A DNA stretch of 64,000 bases from Candidatus Omnitrophota bacterium (lineage in GTDB: Bacteria > Omnitrophota > Gorgyraeia > Pluralincolimonadales > Pluralincolimonadaceae). The stretch's first letter is position 1. The number at the start of each line of letters is the position of its first letter. The notes under the pieces were generated by a model. The model was not told where the DNA came from. It worked only from the letters and a program-made list of their open reading frames with translations, and searched no databases. A program made the translations under genes and the position numbers. The stretch lies in assembly GCA_003141835.1 (NCBI GenBank), contig PLNR01000005.1, positions 126,289-190,288 of the forward strand, read 5' to 3'. Of this stretch, positions 43,297 through 50,621 are shown piece after piece.

Positions 43297-44435
43297 GCCC
43301 TGTAAACGCGCGCAAGATAGTGCCAAGCCGTCCGACATGGACCGAGATAGACCTCGACGCCATCGCCCATAATTATTACGCGATAAAGGCGCGCCTCTCG
43401 AAAGGGACGAACATCCTCGCCGTCGTGAAAGCGAACGCGTACGGCTACGGGATGACAGAGGTCGCGCGCCGGCTGCAGAAGGAGAAGGTCCCGTACTTGG
43501 GGGTAGCGTGCGTCGACGAGGGGATCACTCTCCGCCGCGCCGGTATAAGGACGCCGATACTTGTCCTTTCATCGGTCCTCCCGGAAGAAGCCGAGTCGGC
43601 GCTATATTACGACCTGACGCTTACCGTATGCGACAAGGTCCTTGCCGCGGCCATAGACAAGGCGGCGCGCAGCCTCAGGAAGCACGCGCTCATCCACGTA
43701 AAAGTCGATACCGGCATGGGCAGGCTGGGCGTGTGGTATGACGAGGCCGGACGCCTTATAAAAGACCTTATTAGTTTCAAGAATGTAGCCATTGAGGGGA
43801 TATTCACGCATTTCGCGAGCGCGGACGAAGAAGATGTCCGTTATACCGCCGCCCAGATAGAGAATTTCAGGCGCATCGCCACCGAGATGGAGATAAGCGG
43901 CATCGAGATCCAGTATGTGCACGCGGCGAACTCTGCCGGCGCGATGATGTACAAGGATTCCCATTTTAATATGGTGCGGCCCGGGCTGATGCTTTACGGT
44001 CTCTACCCGAACCAGAACCTGGCGAGGACCGTGAAATTAAAACCGGCTCTTTCGCTCAAAACGAGGATAATATACCTCAAGAAGACGCCGCCGGGCAGGT
44101 TTATCAGTTACGGCAGGACGCACATGACTGACAGGGAGACTATAATCGCCACGCTGCCGATAGGGTATGCCGACGGGCTTAACAGGCACCTCTCGAATAA
44201 AGGGGAAGTGCTCGTGCGCGGATGGCGCGCGCCGATAGTCGGCCGCATCTGCATGGACCACACGATGGTAGACGTCGGCGGGATAAAAGGCGCGAAGGTC
44301 GGGGATGAAGTCACGGTGATCGGTTCCCAGAAAGGCGAGACTATTACCGTCGAGGACATAGCTGAGCTTCTCGACACCATCCCGTACGAGGTCGTCTGCT
44401 GGATCTCCGCGCGCGTGCCCCGCATATATGTTTAA
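43293..44435 (+). CDS. alr: alanine racemase
   Basis: PLP-lysine motif AVVKANAYGYG. Confidence 0.9.
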   Translation: MSPVNARKIVPSRPTWTEIDLDAIAHNYYAIKARLSKGTNILAVVKANAYGYGMTEVARRLQKEKVPYLGVACVDEGITLRRAGIRTPILVLSSVLPEEAESALYYDLTLTVCDKVLAAAIDKAARSLRKHALIHVKVDTGMGRLGVWYDEAGRLIKDLISFKNVAIEGIFTHFASADEEDVRYTAAQIENFRRIATEMEISGIEIQYVHAANSAGAMMYKDSHFNMVRPGLMLYGLYPNQNLARTVKLKPALSLKTRIIYLKKTPPGRFISYGRTHMTDRETIIATLPIGYADGLNRHLSNKGEVLVRGWRAPIVGRICMDHTMVDVGGIKGAKVGDEVTVIGSQKGETITVEDIAELLDTIPYEVVCWISARVPRIYV

Positions 44436-45132
44436 TCCGAGTAAGGATAATCCCAGGAAATACGGCAAGGCGCCTTATACCGTCGCAGTCATCCACGGCG
44501 GGCCCGGAGGGGCCGGAGAAGTCGCGCCGGTCGCTCGCGAACTCTCATCGGAATACGGCATCCTCGAGCCGCTCCAGACGGCTGTTTCAGTCGACGGGCA
44601 GGTCGAAGAATTGAAGGCTGTCCTGGAGAAAGAAGCGGAACTTCCTGTCGTGTTAATAGGCCATTCGTGGGGAGCCTGGTTGAGCCTTATCCTTGCGGCA
44701 AAACATCCCTTGTTGGTAAAAAAGCTCATTCTTGTCGGAAGCGGGCCGTTCGAAGAGAAGTACGCCGCCGAGATATCAAGGGCCAGGCTTGACCGCATGG
44801 ATAAGGAAACAGTGCCTGACGCCTATGACCCGATCGAGGGTAAGCCTGAGCCGATCGATTATCAGGGGGATATATTCAATAGCGTATGGCCGGAAGCCGA
44901 GGAGTTAAGAAGCAGCGGAAGGCTGCTCGAGTTCGTGAAAGATATTAAATGTCCCGTTGTCGCCATTCATGGCGATTATGATCCGCATCCGGCCGAAGGC
45001 GTACAAAAGCCGCTATCGGCCATCCTTAAGGACTTCCGGTTTATCCTCCTTGATTATTGCGGCCATAAGCCGTGGATAGAAAAGGACGCGAGAGAGAAAT
45101 TTTTCGAGCTTCTCGAAAAAGAATTGAATTAA
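44428..45132 (+). CDS. alpha/beta hydrolase
   Basis: GHSWGAW nucleophile elbow; last core gene before the integron. Confidence 0.6.
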   Translation: MFNPSKDNPRKYGKAPYTVAVIHGGPGGAGEVAPVARELSSEYGILEPLQTAVSVDGQVEELKAVLEKEAELPVVLIGHSWGAWLSLILAAKHPLLVKKLILVGSGPFEEKYAAEISRARLDRMDKETVPDAYDPIEGKPEPIDYQGDIFNSVWPEAEELRSSGRLLEFVKDIKCPVVAIHGDYDPHPAEGVQKPLSAILKDFRFILLDYCGHKPWIEKDAREKFFELLEKELN

Positions 45133-45280
45133 TATTTTCGGAAAATGTCTTACCGGCGACCTCAAGGGGCTATTATCTTACCGCTCAGGAGACTACAGGA
45201 TAATTTACCGGATATTCCACAAAGAGATAACGGTAATAATACTGACCGTAGCCCACAGGAAAGAAGTTTATAGGTAGCTA

Positions 45281-46582
45281 TTATTGTTTATCGGCAGTAG
45301 CGTAAAGCTTATCAAGCGGGCTCTGCGGCGCGTTAGAGATATCACGTATAACGTGAGTGTATATCATCGTTGTCTCGACGTGGCTGTGGCCTAAAAGCTC
45401 CTGGACTTCCCTGATATTTACCCCATTTAGCAGTAAATGCGTAGCGAAACTATGCCTTAAAGTGTGAACGGTGGCATGTTTTGCTATTCCCGCCTTTTTT
45501 ACCGCTTCAGACATCGCATCCTGTATTGTTTTTGGGCTCATATAGAAACGTCTTATCTTTCCGGTGTCGCGCTCGGGGGAGAGTTTTGCCGACGGGAAGG
45601 CGAATTGCCATCCGAAATCTTTGACAGCTTTCGGGTACTTGCGTTCAAGCGCGTCCGGCAGCCAGGCTTCCCCGTATCCGGCGGCGAGGTCTTTCTCGTG
45701 TATCTTTTTGACCTCTTTAAGGTGCGCACGCAATTCCGCCTTCAGATATTCCGGTAGGACGGTACTTCTGTCCTTATCGCCCTTGCCGCTTCTTATGAAT
45801 ATCATTCCCGCTTCAAAATCGATATCTTTTACCCGCAAGCACGTCAGTTCGGAAATGCGCATGCCAGTGCCGTATAATAGCTGCAGGATAAGCTTGTCCT
45901 TTCCTGTTACACTGTCAAATATCTCGCGGACCTCACTCTCGGTAAGAACGACGGGAAGTTTCGGGCCGCGTTTCGCACGGACCGCGCCTGCAATATCATC
46001 AAGCCCGATCATGAGCACATCCCTGAATAAGAACAAGAGGGCATTAAAGGCCTGGTTTTGGGAAGAGGAGGAGACCTTCTTTTTAATTGCAAGAAAGCTC
46101 AGGTAATCACGCACATCCTCGCTTGAAAGACCCGATTTTTGGATATCCTTTTTACGGACACCGACTAGATACTCAAAAAAACCTTTTGCCCAGTTAACAT
46201 AAGTGCGCTCAGTCTTGTATGAATAATGTTTAACCCTGATGGCTTTGCCCATCGCGATTATAATAGAAGCAGGATCTGACCTGTCGTTTATCTGGGATAG
46301 GGTTGAATTCGGACCGAGTTTCGCGGCACTCTTGTCAAACTGCTCAAAATAGAGCTTTAAAGCGGTTTCCGCCTGGTTCATCTGCCAGTTCGCGATCCCC
46401 GGGGAATCGGAGAGCTGCTCAAGGAATTTTCGTCTTTTTTCCTGAAAATCCGCGCCCTCATCCTCATCAGAAAAGGCGACGAATTTGCTTACCCAGCGAG
46501 CGTAGAAGGGGGCATGTTTTTCATCGGCAAAGCCTCTTGAAACCAGGAATTTCTGGAAATCAGGCAGGATATCTACAAACAT
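45281..46582 (-). CDS. intI: integron integrase IntI (tyrosine recombinase) with an N-terminal extension
   Basis: Box II HTLRHSFATHLL and the catalytic Tyr region LLGHSHVETTMIYTHV. The IntI-specific insertion is KDLAAGYGEAWLPDALERKYPKAVKDFGWQFAFPS, closely matching IntI1 (LPDALERKYP...). The likely ATG at 46582 gives 433 aa; the ORF is open to 46648. Confidence 0.9.
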   Translation of the reverse strand: MFVDILPDFQKFLVSRGFADEKHAPFYARWVSKFVAFSDEDEGADFQEKRRKFLEQLSDSPGIANWQMNQAETALKLYFEQFDKSAAKLGPNSTLSQINDRSDPASIIIAMGKAIRVKHYSYKTERTYVNWAKGFFEYLVGVRKKDIQKSGLSSEDVRDYLSFLAIKKKVSSSSQNQAFNALLFLFRDVLMIGLDDIAGAVRAKRGPKLPVVLTESEVREIFDSVTGKDKLILQLLYGTGMRISELTCLRVKDIDFEAGMIFIRSGKGDKDRSTVLPEYLKAELRAHLKEVKKIHEKDLAAGYGEAWLPDALERKYPKAVKDFGWQFAFPSAKLSPERDTGKIRRFYMSPKTIQDAMSEAVKKAGIAKHATVHTLRHSFATHLLLNGVNIREVQELLGHSHVETTMIYTHVIRDISNAPQSPLDKLYATADKQ

Positions 46583-46602
46583 TTTTTCTCCCCAAAAGTA
46601 CA

Positions 46603-46628
46603 AAAACCCATAAATTACGAATTCGTAT
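46603..46628. repeat. direct repeat 1 containing perfect 12-bp palindrome TACGAATTCGTA
   Basis: AAAAACCCATAAATTACGAATTCGTAT; palindrome at 46616-46627, just downstream of the predicted Pint start site. Confidence 0.6.
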
Positions 46629-46636
46629 TTCCTGCT

Positions 46637-46664
46637 ATTATAGGCCAAAGGCGAAATCTGTCAA
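46637..46664 (-). promoter_or_regulatory. candidate Pint promoter (TTGACA-16-TATAAT on - strand)
   Basis: Reverse complement of 46659-46664 is TTGACA and of 46637-46642 is TATAAT; reads toward the intI start. Confidence 0.5.
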
Positions 46665-46675
46665 CAAAAATTGTG

Positions 46676-46703
46676 TTGTAAAGTCAGGCGAAAATGGTAT
46701 ACT
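46676..46703 (+). promoter_or_regulatory. candidate Pc cassette promoter (TTGTAA-16-TGgTATACT extended -10)
   Basis: TTGTAA at 46676-46681 and TGgTATACT at 46695-46703; reads toward attI and cassette 1. Confidence 0.45.
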
Positions 46704-46720
46704 CCCGTTTAGGGTAGAAC

Positions 46721-46748
46721 AAAGACCCATAAACGACGAATTCGTATA
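46721..46748. repeat. direct repeat 2 (near copy of DR1) adjacent to attI crossover
   Basis: AAAGACCCATAAACGACGAATTCGTATAT; 11/12 palindrome GACGAATTCGTA at 46735-46746; lies downstream of the Pc start site and 8 bp from GTTATGC. Confidence 0.6.
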
Positions 46749-46761
46749 TTATATGTTATGC
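46726..46761 (+). other. attI recombination site, crossover G|TT in GTTATGC at 46755-46761
   Basis: TTATGC at the start of cassette 1 is the exact complement of R'' GCATAAC in that cassette's attC (47514-47520), as expected for attI x attC insertion. An L-like box CCATAAAC lies upstream. Confidence 0.55.
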
Positions 46762-46778
46762 ATAAAAATAAATAAAAA

Positions 46779-47519
46779 ATGGATGGAATAAAATTGTTTA
46801 AAACTCCGTATAAGCGTCCAGAGAAGTTCTCAAATCCCTATGATCATATCTCAGATAAAGAGCTTAAAGGGGTATTGGATACAGCCGATCTGGATATGGA
46901 TTGGTCTGACTATTGTATAATTTTCCATCTAACTCCTATCAGTTCATACCAAGAATCCTGTTATTTCCTTCCTTTTGCCCTTCAATATATCAATAATAAT
47001 CCGGATAATTCGTTAGATTGCTCTACGGAGATAATCTGGTTTATCTCAGAACATATCGGTAGCTTAAAAAAAGACGGTTTATTTGAAAAATGCGAGGATT
47101 CACTGAAGGCATGTTTAAATACCTGGACAAAAAATTTCGCTGTGGAGCACTTCGACAAGGAAGCCTGCCGTAAAAAAGAATGGGTCATAGATCATGACGA
47201 CGGAGTAGAAAATAGCCAATTACTCATAGAAAGTTTGGATGATATGGTCTTCTATGAATCTTTGGCGAATATTGCTTTTGATTTTATAGCAGAGATCCGT
47301 TCAAGCGAAACAGGCATACAATGCGCCTGGTATTTGGAGCTATGTAATATAAATAAAGTATACAATTGTTGTATTCAATGCGAAAAATTGAAAGAATTTC
47401 TAGCAGATCAAAAATACATAGATCGCTGTTCTGATATAGTTAAAAAAACATCTTTCATGGATCAAGTAACATCTCCCACCTATTGGAACGATGTATGCGG
47501 GAGACTAAATATTGCATAA
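46779..47519 (+). CDS. cassette 1: Cys-rich hypothetical protein (246 aa), AT-rich
   Basis: First ORF after attI, no SD. The stop TAA is embedded in the attC R'' GCATAAC. No recognisable family motifs. Confidence 0.6.
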   Translation: MDGIKLFKTPYKRPEKFSNPYDHISDKELKGVLDTADLDMDWSDYCIIFHLTPISSYQESCYFLPFALQYINNNPDNSLDCSTEIIWFISEHIGSLKKDGLFEKCEDSLKACLNTWTKNFAVEHFDKEACRKKEWVIDHDDGVENSQLLIESLDDMVFYESLANIAFDFIAEIRSSETGIQCAWYLELCNINKVYNCCIQCEKLKEFLADQKYIDRCSDIVKKTSFMDQVTSPTYWNDVCGRLNIA

Positions 47520-47588
47520 CATTTCACTCCAGCGGACGGCGCTGGCATCCTGTTCTAATGTCGCCGCCGCTGAGTTCAAACGTTGGCC
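47514..47588 (+). repeat. attC site 1 (R'' GCATAAC ... R' GTTGGCC)
   Basis: GCATAAC-ATTTCAC-TCCAGCGGACGGCG...TCGCCGCCGCTGAG-TTCAAAC-GTTGGCC. The halves are reverse-complementary with unpaired bases on one arm, as in attC bottom-strand folds. Confidence 0.8.
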
Positions 47589-47599
47589 AAATAAATCAA

Positions 47600-48028
47600 A
47601 TGGATACAAAAACAGAAGAAAGATATGTAAGCATGAGATTAGCACATGGAGACATCACTAACGCAATCGACTTGCTCAATCGTGCCAGAAAGGAAAGTGA
47701 TAACTCCATCAAGTCTACTATAGTTCGGTATTGCATTATAGTATATGCAAAACCCTTTAAAATAAGCAGGGGAATCTTTCACGCCAAATTTATACCACTG
47801 AAGGAAGAAGCAGTTTTCCCTGGTGGAAATACGGATCATAAGGCACTGATTGTTGAGCGCGACGAGAGGATAGCCCACGGCGACATAAAATCGTTTTGCC
47901 CTAAGTTACACTACTGGTCTAGACCCGACATCTTCCCATCGTGCTTAAGTCCTCTCGTCTGTATGACAACATTGACAAACTCATCGACAAGATGTTGGTG
48001 CTATGCGATACCGTTCTGCAGTACTTGA
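47600..48028 (+). CDS. cassette 2: hypothetical protein (142 aa)
   Basis: ATG 12 nt after attC1; no recognisable motifs. Low confidence that this is the frame that is expressed. Confidence 0.4.
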   Translation: MDTKTEERYVSMRLAHGDITNAIDLLNRARKESDNSIKSTIVRYCIIVYAKPFKISRGIFHAKFIPLKEEAVFPGGNTDHKALIVERDERIAHGDIKSFCPKLHYWSRPDIFPSCLSPLVCMTTLTNSSTRCWCYAIPFCST

Positions 48029-48080
48029 CCGACGAGATGAAGACCCTGGAGACCCTGTTTCGCGAACAGATTAAAAACAC

Positions 48081-48143
48081 GCCTAACTAGTGGGTGTAGC
48101 CAATCGCTGATAAATACGGCTCTAGCTGACCATCGTGTTGGCC
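48081..48143 (+). repeat. attC site 2, heterologous type (R'' GCCTAAC ... R' GTTGGCC)
   Basis: Canonical inverse core GCCTAAC, internal imperfect inverted repeats (AACTAG..TAGCC / GGCTCTAG..GTT), 63 bp; differs from the local attC family. Confidence 0.6.
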
Positions 48144-48179
48144 GTAGATATTTAAATAACAATTTGATATAATAAAACA

Positions 48180-48911
48180 ATGAAAACGAATGATACTATG
48201 AAGCATTTACCGGAGCAAGCGTCGAAGGCCGTTGCCCATTATTGGCAAACACGTGCAACTCAACGCAAGAAGCAGGAAAAGAGTGGCAAGGCAGACCAGG
48301 GGTCGCGTAGTGCAGTGACTGGCGGCGCCCATATGGATGGGTTTGTTACCCTTTTTGCTAACCTCATCATGCAAGGAGGTATACCCGAGCGGTTCATTTT
48401 TCGCAAAAAAACCATAGAATTACCAGGCTTTTTCAGGCCGACAAAAGAATGGGACCTGGTGGTTGTCCGGGATCGGGTTTTGATTGCAGCAATTGAAGCC
48501 AAATCACAAGTCGGACCATCCTTTGGAAACAATTTTAACAACCGAACAGAGGAGGCGATGGGCAGTGCGCTTGATCTCTGGACAGCTTATCGTGAAAAAG
48601 CCTATCTTGACAGCCCACAGCCATTTCTCGGTTATTTTTTTATGCTCGAAGACTGCGAAGCGGCTAACCGTCCGGTTAGCGTGCAAGAACCCCATTTCAA
48701 GGTTTTCCCTGAGTTCGTTGGTGCATCGTACATGCGTCGTTACGAGCTTTTCTGCCGCAAACTCGTTTTAGAGCGACACTATACTTCATCAGCATATATT
48801 ACGTCATCAGCAACAGAGGGTGTTCGAGGCGTTTTCAACACACCAGCGCCCGACCTTTCGATAGAACGATTTGCAAAATCTCTTGTTGCGCATGCTACCG
48901 CCGCAAGGTAA
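48180..48911 (+). CDS. cassette 3: putative type II restriction endonuclease (PD-(D/E)xK)
   Basis: VVVRDRVLIAAIEAK fits a D...(E)xK nuclease motif; lies 5 bp upstream of a DNA methyltransferase in the same cassette. A TGaTATAAT extended -10 sits at 48165-48173. Confidence 0.6.
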   Translation: MKTNDTMKHLPEQASKAVAHYWQTRATQRKKQEKSGKADQGSRSAVTGGAHMDGFVTLFANLIMQGGIPERFIFRKKTIELPGFFRPTKEWDLVVVRDRVLIAAIEAKSQVGPSFGNNFNNRTEEAMGSALDLWTAYREKAYLDSPQPFLGYFFMLEDCEAANRPVSVQEPHFKVFPEFVGASYMRRYELFCRKLVLERHYTSSAYITSSATEGVRGVFNTPAPDLSIERFAKSLVAHATAAR

Positions 48912-48915
48912 TTCC

Positions 48916-49854
48916 ATGAAGGCTACCTCACATAGACTCGTAAATGGTGATTCCCGAGATTTATCTTTTTTAGATGACGAATCAGTGCATCTCGTAGTTA
49001 CATCCCCGCCATATTGGAGCTTAAAAAGATATAACGAAAATCCCAATCAGCTCGGTCACATTCAAGAATATGAAACATTTCTTTCTGAAACAGAGAAAGT
49101 ATGGCGTCATGCATTTCGTGTTCTAGTGCCAGGTGGTCGGCTTGTATGCGTCGTAGGAGATGTATGTGTATCACGCCGCAATTTTGGTCGCCACCTCGTT
49201 TTTCCGCTACACTCAGACATAAGCGTTATTTGTCGGAAAATTGGATTTGACAATTTGAATCCTATAATATGGCACAAGATCTCAAATGCGTCTTATGAAG
49301 TGGCAAATGGATCTAAGTTCCTCGGTAAGCCGTATGAACCAAATGCAATCATTAAAAATGATATAGAATTTATTTTGATGCAAAGGAAACCAGGGGGGTA
49401 TCGTAACCCAACTGATGCACAACGCATTGGGAGCAAGATTTCCAAAGTCGACTTTAATACTTGGTTTCAACAAATATGGAACATTCCCGGAGCGTCAACT
49501 AAACATCACCCAGCCCCATTTCCTTTAGAGTTGGCTAACCGTCTCGTGCGCATGTTCTCATTCGTAGGCGATACAGTACTCGATCCATTCTGCGGTTCGG
49601 GAACGACTATGGTTGCAGCCCTGAGAGCAGGCCGCAACAGTATAGGGGTTGAAATTGACCCCGAATATTCACGCATGGTTGCACGAAACTTAAAGGCTGA
49701 AATAGCCAATCTCTTTTCGAATGAATCTTTTATTTTTGAGAAGGCCGTAATAGAACATGATAACCTTATCAGAAAAGACGAAGAAATTTATCAAATTCGG
49801 CCAACAATTCACCGCAGCGGACGGCTTACGGCCGCCGCTGAGTTCAAACGTTAG
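48916..49854 (+). CDS. cassette 3: beta-class DNA amino-methyltransferase (N4-cytosine/N6-adenine), SPPY motif
   Basis: Motif IV VVTSPPYW precedes motif I LDPFCGSGTT (beta-class order). The C-terminus reads through attC3. Confidence 0.85.
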   Translation: MKATSHRLVNGDSRDLSFLDDESVHLVVTSPPYWSLKRYNENPNQLGHIQEYETFLSETEKVWRHAFRVLVPGGRLVCVVGDVCVSRRNFGRHLVFPLHSDISVICRKIGFDNLNPIIWHKISNASYEVANGSKFLGKPYEPNAIIKNDIEFILMQRKPGGYRNPTDAQRIGSKISKVDFNTWFQQIWNIPGASTKHHPAPFPLELANRLVRMFSFVGDTVLDPFCGSGTTMVAALRAGRNSIGVEIDPEYSRMVARNLKAEIANLFSNESFIFEKAVIEHDNLIRKDEEIYQIRPTIHRSGRLTAAAEFKR

Positions 49855-49856
49855 AA
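49799..49856 (+). repeat. attC site 3 (R'' GGCCAAC ... R' GTTAGAA)
   Basis: GGCCAAC-AATTCAC-CGCAGCGGACGGC-TTAC-GGCCGCCGCTGAG-TTCAAAC-GTTAGAA. R'' is the exact complement of the TTGGCC that begins the cassette at 48138. Confidence 0.8.
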
Positions 49857-49915
49857 ATAGAAATTGATATATTTCCCCACCATAAAATATCGATCAGAAT
49901 AAACATAAATAATAC

Positions 49916-49944
49916 TTGACAAACAGAATAATTATACGTATATT
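49916..49944 (+). promoter_or_regulatory. cassette-internal promoter for brnTA (TTGACA-17-TATATT)
   Basis: TTGACA at 49916-49921 and TATATT at 49939-49944; a 17-bp spacer. Confidence 0.45.
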
Positions 49945-49950
49945 GTATGT

Positions 49951-50238
49951 ATGAATCTGATTAGATTCGAGTGGGATGATAGCAAGAGTAAGCAAAATAA
50001 AAAGAAGCATGGCATATCATTTGAGGAAGCGCAGAGCGTATTTTACGATGAGCGCGCTATTCAATATTACGACCCGGATCATTCCAAAGATGAAGACAGA
50101 TTTATAATGCTTGGAATGAGTATCAAAACAAGAGTTCTGGTTGTCTGCCATTGCTATAGGAAGAATGGCGCGAGGGTAAGGATAATATCAGCGAGAAAAG
50201 CCGAAAAAAATGAGGAAAACGAATATTGGAGGAGATAA
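49951..50238 (+). CDS. brnT: BrnT-family toxin (DUF497 ribonuclease)
   Basis: FEWDDSKSKQNKKKHGISFEEAQSVFYD matches the BrnT consensus (FEWDxxKxxxNxxKHGVxFxEA). Confidence 0.85.
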   Translation: MNLIRFEWDDSKSKQNKKKHGISFEEAQSVFYDERAIQYYDPDHSKDEDRFIMLGMSIKTRVLVVCHCYRKNGARVRIISARKAEKNEENEYWRR

Positions 50239-50239
50239 A

Positions 50240-50455
50240 ATGAGAGCACATTATGAATTTTCGAAGATGCGTGGCCGTCGCAACCCGTATATTAAGTATT
50301 TGAAACAGCCTGTCACTATCCGGCTGGACAAGAATACTGTGGCGTATTTCAAGGCGCTTTCTGATAAGGTCGGGATGCCGTATCAGAACCTGATAAACCT
50401 TTATCTAAGGGACTGTGCTTTTTCGCATAAAAAGCTTCATTTGAAGTGGTTGTAG
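50240..50455 (+). CDS. brnA: BrnA-family antitoxin
   Basis: RNPYIKYLKQPVTIRLDKNTVAYFKALSDKVGMPYQNLINLYLRDC matches the BrnA consensus (VTIRLD..YFK...G.PYQTLIN.YLR). A GGAGGAG RBS is present. Confidence 0.85.
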   Translation: MRAHYEFSKMRGRRNPYIKYLKQPVTIRLDKNTVAYFKALSDKVGMPYQNLINLYLRDCAFSHKKLHLKWL

Positions 50456-50463
50456 GGAAAAGT

Positions 50464-50559
50464 ATGAGAAAGATCAAATTAACCGAAGAGGAAAGAGAAA
50501 TCGAAGAAGCTTTGTTGAAAGATGAATGTGTTGATATTGGCAGAAATGAATTTAAATAA
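50464..50559 (+). pseudogene. 31-aa remnant resembling the N-terminus of a BrnA/RHH-type antitoxin
   Basis: MRKIKLTEEEREIEEALLKDECVDIGRNEFK is a typical antitoxin N-terminal motif (LTEEExE..L..GE) without the DNA-binding remainder. Confidence 0.3.
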
Positions 50560-50560
50560 A

Positions 50561-50608
50561 TAGCTGATGCTATTGCTTCACGGAAAAGCGCAATCAAATT
50601 CAAACTTT
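50561..50608 (+). repeat. decayed attC-like relic (TTCAAAC followed by TTT instead of GTT)
   Basis: GCTGATGCTATTGC..GCGCAATCAAATTCAAACTTT retains the TTCAAAC spacer and a partial stem of the local attC family but has lost the crossover G. Confidence 0.3.
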
Positions 50609-50621
50609 GCAGGAAATCATC

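Noticed and set aside
45133-45280. Intergenic region between the alpha/beta hydrolase and the intI 3' end checked for a tRNA or tmRNA integration target
   Set aside because: No cloverleaf-compatible sequence, no GTTCRANYC T-loop box, and no CCA-proximal acceptor complementarity could be found by eye.
46616-46627. Palindrome TACGAATTCGTA considered as a LexA box
   Set aside because: It does not fit CTGT-N8-ACAG or the Gram-positive CGAACRNRYGTTYC consensus. It is retained as an unknown operator or IntI accessory site rather than being called an SOS box.
46583-46648. Extra 22 codons (MAYNSRKYEFVIYGFLYFWGEK) at the 5' end of the intI ORF
   Set aside because: No similarity to integrases. An ATG at 46582 begins the duplicated N-domain, and the longer version would place the start inside the predicted Pint -10 region.
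47639-47878. 79-aa - strand ORF inside cassette 2
   Set aside because: Its orientation is opposite to Pc and to the attC polarity. It has no motifs, so it is not called, although the coding content of cassette 2 remains uncertain.
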